A DNA stretch of 64,000 nucleotides from the human T2T-CHM13v2.0 reference genome, Homo sapiens: NCBI RefSeq assembly GCF_009914755.1, contig NC_060944.1; one strand, 5' to 3'. Under the pieces are notes generated by a model. The model worked only from the letters and a program-made list of their open reading frames with translations. It searched no databases and was not told the DNA's origin. Both the position numbers and the translations under genes were made by a program. Below are positions 36,448 through 49,199 of this stretch, piece after piece. The stretch's first letter is position 1; each line of letters starts with the position of its first letter.

Positions 36448-38588
36448 CCTTCAAACACAAAGATAGATCTTCCAGAGAGAAAATCAACAAAGAAACATTA
36501 GACTTAATATCCACTATAGACCAAATGAATCTAAACAATATTTGCAGAGTTTTCATCCAACAGCTGCAGAATACACATTCTTTTCCTCAGCACGTGAATC
36601 ATTCTCAAGAATAGATCACATGTTAGGTCACAAAACAAGCCTTAAAACATTCAAAACATTGAAATAATATCAAGCATCTTCTCTGGCCTCAAGATGAATT
36701 TTGTAAACTATACAAATACATGGAAGTTAAACAATATACTCCTGAATGACCAGTGGGACACTGAAGAGATTAAGGAAATTGAAAAATTTCTTGAAACAAA
36801 TGGTAACAGAAACACAACATATGAAAACCCATGGGATACAGCAAAAGCAGTACTAAGAAGTTTATAGCTATAGGGGTCAATGTCAGAAAAAGAGGAAAAA
36901 CTTCAAATAAACAATCTAATGATGCATCTTAAAGAATAAGAAAAGCAAAAGCAAACCAAACCCAAAAATAGTATAAGAAAAGAAAGAATAAATATCAGAC
37001 TAGAAATAAATGGAATTGAAATGAAGAGAACAATACAAAAGATCAATGAAACAAAAAGTTGTTTTTTTGAAAAGTTAAACAAAAGTGACAAACCTTTAGC
37101 CATACTAAATAAGAAAAAAAGATAGAAGATCCAAACAAATAAAATCAAAAATGAAAAAGGAGACATTACAACTCATGCTACAGAAATTCAAAGAATCATT
37201 AATGGCTGCTATGAGCAAGTTTATGTCAATAAATTGGAAAACCTAGAAGACATGGATGAATTCCTAGACACATGCGACACACCAAGATTGAACCAGGAAG
37301 AAATCCAAACCTGAAGAGACCAATAAGAAATGAGACTGAGGCTGTACTAAAAAGGCTCCAAGTATAGAAAACCCCAGGACCAGATGCCTTCACTGCTGAA
37401 TGCTACCAAACATTTAAAGAATTAATACCAGTCCTACTCAAACTATTCTGAAAAATAGAGGAGGAGAGAATACTTCTAAACTCATCCATGAGGTCTGAAA
37501 AATAGAGGAGGAGACAATACTTCTAAACTCATCCATGAAGCCAGTATTATCCTGATACCAAAACCAGACAAAGACACATCAAAAAAAAAAAAACCAAAAA
37601 CTACAGGCCAATATCTCTGATGAATATTGATGCAAAAGTCCTCAAAAAACTACAACAAATTAATCAATGTGATACATTACATCAACAGAATGAGGACCAA
37701 AAACATATGATCATTTCGATTGATGCTGGAAAAGCATTTGATAAAATTCAACATCCCCTCATGATAAAAACCCTCAAAAAGCTGGATATAGAAGGAACAT
37801 ACCTCAACACAATAAAAGCCATATATGATAGACAAACAGCTAGTATAATACTGAATGGGGGAAAACTGAAAGCCTTTCCTCTAAGATCTGGAGCATGACA
37901 AGGATTCCCACTTTCACCACTGTTAGTCAACACAGTACTGGAAGTCCTAGCTAGAGCAGTCAGACAAGAGAATGAAATAAAGGGCATCCAAATTGGGGTG
38001 GAAGAAGTCAAATTACCCTTGTTTGCAGATAATATGATTTTATATTTGAAGAAACGTAAAGACACCACCAAAAACTTTTACAGCTGATAAATTCAGTAAA
38101 GTCTCAGGGTAGAAAATCAACATACAAAAATCTGTAGTATTTCTATATGCCAACAGTAAACAGTGTGAAAAAGAAATCAAAAAAGTGATCCCATGTACAA
38201 TAGCCACACATAAAATTAAATACCTAGGAATTAACTTAACCAAAGAAGTGAAATATCTCCATAATGAAAACTATAAAACACTGAAGAGAGAAATTGAAAA
38301 GGACACCAAAAAATGGAAAGATATTCCATGTTCATGGTTTGGAAGAATCAATATTGTTAAAATGTCCATCCTACCCAAAGCAATCTACAGATTCAATGCA
38401 TTCCCTATCAAAATACCAAGGACATTCTTCACAGAAATAGAAAAAAACCATTCTAAAATTTACATAGAACCACAAAAGACCCAGAATAGCGAAAGCTATC
38501 CTAAGCAAAAAGAACAAAACTGGAGGAACCACATTACCTGACTTCAAATTATACTACAGTGCTATAGTAACCAAAACAGCATGGTATT

Positions 38589-38630
<42 letters not shown>

Positions 38631-41600
38631 AGACATATAGACCTATGGAATAGAATAGAGAACACAGAAACAAACCAGACACCTTCAACGAACTCATTTT
38701 CAACAAATGTGCCAAAAACATACACTGGGGAAAAGACAGTCTTTTCAATAAATAGTGCTCAGAAACTGGATATCCATACTCAGAAGAATGAAGCTAGACC
38801 CCATCTCTCACCATATACAAAAATAAAATCGAAATAGATAAAAGACTTAAATCTAAGACCTCAAACTATGGAACGACTACAAAAAAATACTGGAAAAATT
38901 CTTCAGGACCTCAGTCTGGTCAAAAATGTATTGAGCAATATTCCACAGGCACAGGCAACCAAAGCAAAATGTACAAATGGGGTCACATCAAGTTAAAAAG
39001 CTTCTGCACAGGAAAGGAAATAATCAACAAAGTAAAAAAACAACCCACAGAATGGAAGAAAATATTTGCAAATTACCCATCTAACAAGAGATTAATAAGC
39101 AGAATATATAAGGACCTCAAACATCTTTATAGAAAAAAAATCTAATAATCCAATCAAAGATGGACAAGAGAGTTGAATAGACATCCCTCAAAAGAAGATA
39201 TATAAAAGACAAACAGGCATGTGAAAAGGTGCTCAACATCATTGATCATCAGAGAAATACAAATCAAAACTACAACGAGATATCATGTCACCCCAGTTAA
39301 AATGGCTTTTATCTAAAAGACAGGCAATAATGAATGCTGACAAAGGTGTAGAGAAAAAGGAGCCCTCATACACTGTTGGTGGGAATTTAAGTTAGTATGA
39401 CCACTGTGGAGAACAGTTTGGAGGCTCCTCAAAACACTAAAAATAGAGGTATTATAGGATCCAGCAATCCCACTGCTGGGTACATCCCCAAAAGAAAGGA
39501 AATCAGTACATTGAAGAGGTATCTGCACTACCATGTTTGTTGCAGCACTGTTCACAACAGCTAAGATTTGAAAGCAACCTAAGTATCCATCAACAGATGA
39601 ATGGATAAGGAAAATATGGTACATATACTCAAAGGAATACTATTCAGTCATTAAAAAGAATAAGATGCTGTCATTTGCAACAATGTGGATGGAACTGGAA
39701 TTCATTATGTTAAGTGAAATAAGCCAGCACAGAAAGACAAATATCACATGTTCTCACTGATTTGTGGTATCTAAAACTCAAAACAATTGAATTTCTGGAC
39801 ATAGAGAGTAAAATGATGGTTACCAGAGGCTGGGAAGGGCAGTGGGGATGTAGGGGTAAGTGGGAATGGTTAATGGGTACAAAAAAAAAAAGAATTAATA
39901 AAACCTACTATTTGATAGCACAACAGAGTAACTATAGTTAATAATAACCTAACTGTACGTTTTAAAACAACTAAAAGAATGTAATTGGATTGTAAATGCC
40001 TGAGGGGATGGATACCCCAATCTCCATGATATGATAATTACACATTGCATGCCTGTATCAAAACATCTCATGTATCCCATAAATATATACACCTACTATG
40101 TACCCACAAAAATTTATTTTAAAAACAATATAAATAATAAACAATTTTTAAAAATAAATAAAATAAAATACAATCATAAAGACTTTAACAATGTAAAGAA
40201 GAGTAAAATCAGTGAGGACTGCTGTAATCCAGGAATCTGGAAGAGCAACAGCACAGAAGAATAAAAGGAAAGATGGAAATAAAAATAAAATAAGTAATTA
40301 AATTAAATTAAAATACAATAAATGTATCTACCCCCTTGGCCTTGGTAATTTAAAACATACTCTGAGGAGACAGTTCTCTATTTTTATCTATTATGTTTGT
40401 ACAGCAGGAAAATTAATTTCCATAAAACAGAGTAAACCTGGTGAAAGGTCTTTAGTGTATTTAATCTAAATGGAATAGTTTCTCTTTATCATTTTTTTCT
40501 AGGGCATATTCTTCCAAACACAAGAAATTTTAGTGCAAATGATTTGAGGGCTTAATCTTATATGGAGGCAATTTAATAGAGTTTCAGGAATCTCTGTAGA
40601 AAATCTAGAGGCACATAGAAACTCTGGTATTTGGTTGCTTTTTAAGTTTGAAAATAAATACAACTGTTTTTCTAATTTTTTTTTGTCTTTTTGCCAGTGG
40701 GTTTTTTACATGAATCTGAAAGGGCTTCTGAGGGTTATTTATTTATTTATTTTTGCCTTTGAGTTTCATTGATGATGCTTTTTAGTCTCTTATAGGTCTT
40801 TCTGTGAATGAGAAGTTAGAATTTTGATTTCTTTTGTAAGCCTCTTCTTTCCACAAATACTATGACTGCTTTCTGGCCAAAATGGGAAATTTCCAGATTT
40901 TTCTCTTAGATATTTTGGGACATCCTGTCCTCAGGACAAAGCAGGAAAAAAGCCCACTAGTTGGGGGGGTAATTTCTGGTCACCAATTCCAAATTATATC
41001 GAGTAATACCACAGTAGTTTAATATAAGCTAAACAGAAATGGAATTTCTTCTTGGTCATTCAACTGAGGACCCCACTCTGTGGGGTCTAACCTAAAAGAG
41101 TAATCTGATTTTTCTCAGGTACACATGGTAAGGGTTAACAGACAAGCAAAAAATATGGTCAGACTCATCCGATAGTCTCTACTGGAAAATACAAAGCATT
41201 TCTGAGCTCAAGTTGGGAGCAATGGTATCTTTGGGCAGCAGATATGGAGAAAAATCTGAAAGTACAGTCATGTGTGAATTCAGCCCACATCCTATATTCC
41301 ACCTCCATTCTTCCTAGGATCTTACAAACAATGCCAAATTGTTCCACAAGAATGACCAGACTCAAAAGTTTTAAATAAGTGTTTGCCATTTATAAGAACT
41401 GCTTTTCAGAAAGAAAAGTTGTGGGTGCTAATTACCGAGGATAGGAAGATGACAGAAAAGCTGGGTAAACAGATTTGGAGTTAATTTTTGGGACATCTTG
41501 AGCCTGAAATGGCTGAGTAATCCAAGAGATTAGAACAAATATGTAATTCGATATGTAAGTCACAGAACAAGAGAAAAATCCTGCTGACTTCATATTCGTG

Positions 41601-41767
41601 TTTCTTTCTCAATACACGTGGAGGCAGGGAAATAGCAATCTATACCTTAAACCTGAAATTCACAACAATTTTTTTTCTCCAAATACTTCCAAAGTAGAAA
41701 GTCTGGAAACATTATATCTCAACTATGCTACTGAATCCAAGGCCAATACTTTCTTCCAAATTTTAAA

Positions 41768-42015
<248 letters not shown>

Positions 42016-43179
42016 TGAAAATCTCTAGTATATAAACATTTAACTTTCATATCAGGCTTTTAAGCTTCATGCAAATTAAAAGTCACACATATAAATTAGT
42101 CATTTAGTGCATGGCCTTGGATCCATTGGTTTAGGCTGGGATTGTCATTGATCTAAGAAACAGTGAGCAAATGCCAGCAAAGTATATAAAAAAAATAGAA
42201 AAAGTAGTGAAAATGACAAAGAAATATTACAGGGCAGATGGCAGAAGAAGAAACTCCAAATATGACTAATATGACTAAGAAAGAACATGCAGAGACCAGA
42301 AGCCAAGGCAAAAAAAAAAAAAAAAAAAGCAGGGGGGCGTTTCAAAGGATTGAGAAATGTTGTAAAACTCTGGCTAAAGGCAAAGCAAATGGTAAAATGT
42401 AAAGAATGCTTACATTTTTCAACAAGAAAGACACTGGCAACCAAAAGCAAGGCCATTTCAGTGGAGTGATGGCACAAAAAGCAGATTTCTCTTAGTTGAG
42501 GTAAAATTGGGACTCTAGACTTTGGAGAACTTAGTTGGGAACACTAGTTCTAGAAGTCTGGATCCAAACAGGGGGAGAAATTAGACATTAGCCATAGAAG
42601 AGGAGTATATATAACACAATGAACATTTCTTAGCATTTCAAGTACTAGTTGCGAACTAAGTTTGAACTTGGAGGACAATATTCCTCAATTCTCAGGAATG
42701 TATGGACATCAAGCACAGTGTCCAGCCTCTGTGCAAAATCGCTTTCTAGCACCATAACCACCATTACCTCTGTCCCACATCCAGAAATGGTCCTCTAGCC
42801 TCAAAGCAGGAAGAATGCCCAATGACAAGGCTGTTTATTCTGCTTTCCACTTAGAAAGTTTTACCCTAGTTTGTCTAACAAATTTCTATACTCACTTTCA
42901 TCCCTCTGTCTTGTTCTGGTTCTTCCTGGGGACTCATCATTATGGCAAACATACCAGGTTAGTTCTCTGGATATCAAAGGCAGCTCTATTGTCTCTTTCC
43001 TTAGCCTACAACGTTTACTTGGAGGACCTGATCCCTCTACATGTTCACAGGAGCATCCAAACTCAATACAATTGTCATCTTCCCTTTGCAGTCACCAGAA
43101 TGGTATCAAAACAGAACAGAAAGGTGACCTTCTCCTTTCTAGGCACACCTGTACTAAGTGATGCCAACATCTTATTGGC

Positions 43180-43185
43180 TTTATT
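43180..43185 (-). terminator. Candidate AATAAA polyadenylation signal of DEFB116
   Basis: tttatt on + strand, ~170 nt downstream of the stop; a TATAAA variant near 43296-43301 is an alternative. Confidence 0.4.
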
Positions 43186-43356
43186 GGCCAGTGGCCATTC
43201 CTATACTCCATAGCTTCACAGCTCTCAGCTTAATCTCTCCAGACCAATGATGACTACCCACAGATGAAAGACACACCACAAAAAGGAATGCATTTTTTAT
43301 AGGGAAAGCATTCCAGAATGGAGGAGAAATTACTACAGAGGAGACGTTGGTGATAT

Positions 43357-43598
43357 TCAAATGTGAGAGTAGCTTGAACTGTTTGTAACTGACAAGTTGG
43401 AGTTAGAGTCGTAATCCTCCTTCACATTTTTAGAACTGGTTATTTTCACAGAAAGTTTCAGGCAGCACTTTTGATCATTTGGGCAGGTTAAGTATTGGAT
43501 TTCATATTCTCTGCAGGCGTTTCTGCACATGCCTTGGTAAAGCTCACATGGATTCCAAGGCTCTCGGCTCTTGCCATTGTGGGATCTGAACAGGCCAC
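43357..43598 (-). CDS. DEFB116: Beta-defensin 116, coding exon 2 (mature peptide and Ser-rich tail)
   Basis: Acceptor tgtctttcccag|GT GGC at 43600-43599. Encodes GGLFRSHNGKSREPWNPCELYQGMCRNACREYEIQYLTCPNDQKCCLKLSV...SYSHI* with C-x6-C-x3-C-x9-C-x5-CC. 67+242 = 309 nt = 102 aa + stop. Confidence 0.96.
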
Positions 43599-43689
43599 CT
43601 GGGAAAGACATGGCCATGTTTAGTTTCCATGCAGCAGTGATAATAGGGTGATGAAGCATGATTTAAAGGAACACGCCCTAAGACTATTA

Positions 43690-43900
43690 AGGGCACAAGA
43701 TCTGGAATCAAAACTACCTAGATTCAAATCTGGGCTCTGCCATTTACCATCTCTCCCTCCTCAAGCAAGTTACTTCAGCTCTCCAGTCCTCCATTGCATC
43801 ATCTTCACAACAGGCAAAATAATAGAGCCAAGTTCCTAAGGTTTTAGTAATGACTAGGTTCATGTATGTAGTATTTTCAAAAAAGCATCTGGCACATAAC
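43690..43900 (-). mobile_element. MIR in the DEFB116 intron
   Basis: gattcaaatctgggctctgccatttac...caagttacttcagctctc. Confidence 0.65.
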
Positions 43901-44509
43901 AAGTAATTGAATATTAGATGATGTAGTTGATATGAAAGTCTTCTCCTGAGAGTATGAGGTTTCAAGGTATGCCACTGTGAGCACATATGTCCCCAAGTGC
44001 CTACAGAGATCTGTGACCCTCACACACAGCTAATCAGAGGCAGCCAGGATCTACTCTCAGATAGCACACAAATATTTGAGCCTATGTGCATGCATGCCTT
44101 TATCCTCTGAAACATAGGAGCAAACAAGTACTACAACTGTCTCTCTTTGTACATTGGCCTTACAGAAACAGGTACTGTGCATACACAGGCAGCATACTGG
44201 CATATACACAGACCCATGTATACAACCCACTTTATTCACAGATCCACATTCTCACATAAATTGAGCACATGTGCTCACTGTACAAACCTTCACCATGCAC
44301 TTTCCACATATTGCTAATTGCACCTTGATAGCTATGTATAAGTCATCCAGGTGTGTACATGAGTGAACATAAGCTCTTTGCCTGAAAATACCCCAGTGAC
44401 AAAGTTCCTGACACTTAATCAGCATTCTATAAATATTAGTCATCAATGGTATTACTTACCTATTTGATGTTCTACAGACAAAGGAGCAATTAGAAAGAAA
44501 TATTAACAA

Positions 44510-44730
44510 TCACTACCATGTACTGTGGTATGGTCCAGCATCAACTATGTACAGGCATTTTACAAATGATAGCTCACTGAACCTCATAAAAACCTGCTGT
44601 TATCTTCACTCTTTAGATGAAGACACTGAGGCTCAAAGAGATGCTTTGTTTTGTCTGCATTCTCATAGCTTATACTTGATCAAGCCAGTATTCAATTTCT
44701 GGTCTACATGACATCAAGCCTATGCTCTTT
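44510..44730 (+). mobile_element. MIR in the DEFB116 intron
   Basis: tttagatgaagacactgaggctcaaagag core. Confidence 0.65.
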
Positions 44731-47160
44731 TCTCTCTGTGTCACATTGCCTCTCTGTGATAGGCACAGAGAAGACGGCATCATCCTGCATCATGTCTACA
44801 CACACAGGGCCTTCTACAGATTTCAACCGAGTTCAAAATCCTTAGCTTGGCATTCAAGGACCTTTTCAACCATCCCCCCACTCCCTCATTCCACACCCAT
44901 TTATGAACACTCTGTGTCAGGCCATGGACTCAGTGCTAAATAGATAGAGGTCTCCAATTAATCAAATTTATTCACTATTAACATTAACGAAAATGGGACA
45001 AAGCAAGTATAATGTTATTTCTTGCATGGAAAAAATGAATACTTTGCTAATTTTTAGATTAGAGAAAGTAAAATGCCCAGTTTTAGGTGAAGTTGGAGAA
45101 CGGGAAGAGAAATAAAGAAGAGGGAAATGCCTCCACGGCAGATGTCCCATAACATTTGGGTACTGGAGTGTGTATAAACTGCCCCAGGAATCCAGAGAGG
45201 GATTTCAACTGCTCCAACATCAACCAGCCTGCTGGTCAACCAGAGAAAGGAGGTTGAAAATGATACTGATTCATCCATGCTCCAGCACAATGATATCACT
45301 GTGTTTCCCACCTTAATCTTCACCCTTATCATGGGACCTGCACACTCTCTCTCTCTCTCAGCACCATTATACTTATGGGAGAAGAAGATTGCAAAGGGCC
45401 TCCCCCAAGTGATATCCATACTGTTCTGGCTAACACCTGACCTCTAGGACTTTTCCTTTCTACCAAACACACTGGAGGGCAGTTGGAGACCCAAGATTTC
45501 CTGTCTGCAGTCACTGGAGGGATGGATAGAAACACAGATACCAAGAATGAGCAATGGGCAAGCTGCCTTAGAAAGTTGGTCAAGGCCACCCCAAGAGGAT
45601 TCTGCCTACAGTGATTTAAATAAATTTTTTAAATAAAAATAAAGATTTTGTCATAGATAGTTACAGTTTCTTACTCCTACAGCTTTTCTAACCTTAGATT
45701 GCCCTGCATTGCCCCAAATTTTGACATCCACATCAAATTAATGTTAACTTTGATAATCTCTCCATCTTCCGATTGAAGTCAGAGGACCAGCTTTTGCATT
45801 TCAGCATAGTCTCTGGCCCTCTGCACCATGCTATATTTTAACTCTCTGGACCCAGTCTCTCCATGTCAGAAAATGGGAATGGGAGACTTTGCACCAAATT
45901 AGAAAGTCTCCACTGTGTTTGTGAAAAAAAGAGGTTAATAAGATGTCATACTTCATAATAACCTGGCATATTTTTACGTATATTCATACTAAGTCTCTAG
46001 AATTTCTGATTCAGTATATCTAAGGAGAGGCCAGAGCAAGGGTGCTTTGCAAGAGTTCCCCAGAAAATACTAATGGGCTCCTGTTTGCAGTGAAAGCCAC
46101 GATTCTGCCTAGCCTTCTCACATTCAGCTATAGACATTGCCCAGCTCATTTTTCCACATTGGAAGTGTATTGAAAGCAAATTAAACTGTCTTAAGTCAAA
46201 AAACAAAAGGTATCCTCTGGACCTTTTTAAAAATTCCATCCCAAGCCAAAATCAATGTGATATATTATTTCTCTGCCTGCTGTGCAACCAAACATGATCC
46301 TCTCCCATCCAATCTCTAAGGTTATTTCTACTCATATATGTTTATTAGCCATGATTCATTACATATTCATTCATTCAATAAGTATTTGCTAAAGCCTACT
46401 CTATTCAACACACTCAGCTCAACATCAGAAATGTGTAGATTTAAAAGACAAAGTCTTGGCTTTCAAACAGTTTAATTTCATATGCATACATTTGGGAGGA
46501 TAAAAGGAAAAATTTGTTTGGATTGTCCTAATAGAAAATGTTGTCCAGAACTGTTCCTGCTCATAAATTCTGCCAAGTAAAAGTACTCAATAATTATTAA
46601 GGAAGCTACACTATGTACAACTCTTGAAGCATAGAGTGCTGTCTTCATTTTTGTTGTTGTTTGTGTTTCTTGCAAACCCACTTGTGTTTTCTACCACCAT
46701 TAGAAATGAGAACTGAGCTTTACTGAGCATGAGAACAAATGTCTCTTGAGCAAAGGAATAAAAGAAGCTGAGAAATAAGGAGGCATGAGAATGTGAAATA
46801 GAAGGAATATGAGAAAAGAGAGGAGGAAAAGAAGAAGAAAAACAGAGAAGAAAGAGGAAGAGGAGGAGAAACCTCTAGATCAGATGAATCTGAACTCACT
46901 ATCGAGGAAGGAAGAACAATCTTGGTTTTCTATAGGGTGGGCTGAGACTGCTCCCATATCTCTCTGTACATGCCAAGATTTGACAGGAGACAATTCCAAA
47001 CATTCCAGTCTCCTGACTTCCTCTATCTCAGCCATCTACAGTCACATCTATTGTTCTTCAGTGCCCTTGAAAATCACACTTAAGAAACTTTCTTCAGAAT
47101 TTGAAAATAATACTGGATATTTTTCATCCAGTGTTTATTCTCCCCATTTCCTTATTTAAA

Positions 47161-47829
47161 TCACTTTGTTGAAGTACAATTGGCACACAAAAAGCTATAC
47201 ATATTTAATTTATACATTTTGATGAGTTTGGAGATAAGCATACATTACACCCATGAAACCATCATCACAATCTATGCCATAAACCTATCCACGCCTAAAA
47301 GTTTTCTCCCACCATCTTATTTATTATTTTTGGTACATCAAATCTTATTTTAAGAACACTTAACATAAAATCCACTCCCTTGGTAATTTTTGAAATATCC
47401 AACACAGTACCGTTAACTATAGGAACTGTGTTGTACAGTAGATTTCTAGGACATATTCATGACAGTATAGTCTCTTCAATAAATGTATTGGGAAAACTAG
47501 GTATCTAGATGCAAAATAATAAAATTGGATATTTATCTTACACCATACACAAAAACAAATTCAAAATGGATTAAAGACTTAAATCTAAGACCTGAAACTA
47601 TAAAACTCCTAGGAGAAAACATAGAGAAAAAGCTTCTTGACGTTGGCCTTGGGAAGGATTTTCTGGATATGACACCAAAGCACAGGCAACAAAAGCAAAA
47701 ATAAACAAGCGGATTGCAGCAATCTAGAAAGTTTCTGCACAGCAAAGGAAACAGTCTACAAAATGAAGAAACAACCTATGGAATGGGAGAAAATATTTGC
47801 AAATCATATATCTGAGAAGGAGTCAATAT
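47161..47829 (-). mobile_element. 5'-inverted L1MB-like insertion in the DEFB116 intron
   Basis: L1MB 3' UTR on - strand (47161-47460) joined to ORF2 C-terminal sequence on + strand (47461-47829); TSD tccttattt(a/c)aa. Confidence 0.75.
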
Positions 47830-48663
47830 TCTCCTTATTTCAATAGCCACAACCCTGCTGTGATGAATTCAACTGTCTTACTCAAGCTTAATCACCCCCA
47901 AACCCAGGCTAAGTCAATCCCTGCCCAGATAAACCTCACATACCCATGACTGAATAAGATACCCACTTTAGGCAAACACTAACTACAACTCAAGCCCTAC
48001 CTCTTCTAATAACCACCGAAAGCCCAACTGCAAAACATACAAACATAACACTATCCAAGCCACCCAACCCCATTCACAGCATCAATCTAAAACACAACCC
48101 AGCTACAAACCTCTCTATACCCCAACTCCCAGTTGCACCAACTCTACCCCAGCTCCATTCAAGAAAAAATACCATTTCCTCTCTAGAATGCACCAAAACA
48201 TCTATTCAGCCCAACCTATAAATACAATTATTCACCCCATGCTCATCCCCACTCACTTTTTGGATATTACCCTATCTCTAAGGTCTTACAACCTCCCCAC
48301 CTCAACTCCCTACCCAACTCCAAACTGCTATACCCCTCCTATAGCTCCTCAACTTGCACACAGTCTCTCACACCTAACTCATGAATTAAGCCCCCATCCC
48401 AATGACAGCACTACCTAAAATGTTCCATGCTTAGACTGTCCACTATGCCAGGAACAACAACCTCTTCAATTTGTCTTGGCAGAGCAGAACCAGGGGAGAT
48501 CTTTACATGAAATTAACCTTGGGAATAACATCTGTGACCCACCTGAGACCAGAAAAGGCTTTAGGTGTTGCCCACTATATGTGAGTAGGAGTCACTGCAG
48601 AGGTCACCAAGATACCAGTACCACATGCAAGACGCCAGAACCTTTGAGAGAGGCCTGAGTTAC

Positions 48664-48730
48664 CTGGAGTCTTTTGAGCCAGGATCATAAGGATGGCAAT
48701 GGTCATTAAACAGGGCTTCATGACTGACAT
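48664..48730 (-). CDS. DEFB116: Beta-defensin 116, coding exon 1 (signal peptide MSVMKPCLMTIAILMILAQKTP-G)
   Basis: ATG at 48730; 67 nt (22 codons + 1) encoding a hydrophobic signal peptide; ends CCAG|GTAACT with the GT donor at 48663-48662. A phase-1 intron is typical of beta-defensins. Too short for the ORF track. Confidence 0.95.
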
Positions 48731-48794
48731 GTTCCACCAGAATGAAGGGCTGTGTTGCAGGTGACCAAACAGAGATCACTGTAGCAGAGCAGTA

Positions 48795-48812
48795 GCCCGC
48801 CTTTATTAGTTT
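48795..48812 (-). promoter_or_regulatory. TATA-like element (CTAATAAAGGCGGG) upstream of the DEFB116 ATG
   Basis: AT-rich box ~72-78 nt upstream of the start codon followed by a GC-rich stretch; position suits a short 5' UTR. Confidence 0.4.
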
Positions 48813-49096
48813 TGGAAATGCGTCAGGGTTCTGTGCAGTGAACTAAAAGGGATGGGAGATACCTGATGTCAGGCAGGAAGAAGGACAACATGTATCACTT
48901 ATCTGAGCTGGATACTCTGTGTAAGCGTGGGAGACTTGCCAGCAGTGCTCATGTCTGTGTGGGCCTTTCTTCCCATTAAGAAATAAAGACAAATTAGAGC
49001 CAGTTGGCATTTTGTGTGAAACGAATTTGAATGAATGAATCAACCAAGCAAGCAAGCAAACTTGAAAAAACTTATAAACAATTAGATAAGAAATAA

Positions 49097-49192
49097 GCAC
49101 GTGTATACCTATGTGAGGCACGTGTATACCTATGTAACAAACCTGCACGTTCTGCACATGTACCCCAGCACTTAAAGTATAATTGTAAAAAA
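49097..49192 (+). mobile_element. Very short L1PA 3' end just upstream of DEFB116
   Basis: tatgtaacaaacctgcacgttctgcacatgtacccc...ttaaagtataat; TSD aagaaataa. Confidence 0.85.
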
Positions 49193-49199
49193 AGAAATA

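Noticed and set aside
43599-43659. 5' part of ORF 43357-43659 (MLHHPIITAAWKLNMAMSFP)
   Set aside because: Intronic read-through upstream of the splice acceptor; the real N-terminus is exon 1 at 48730-48664.
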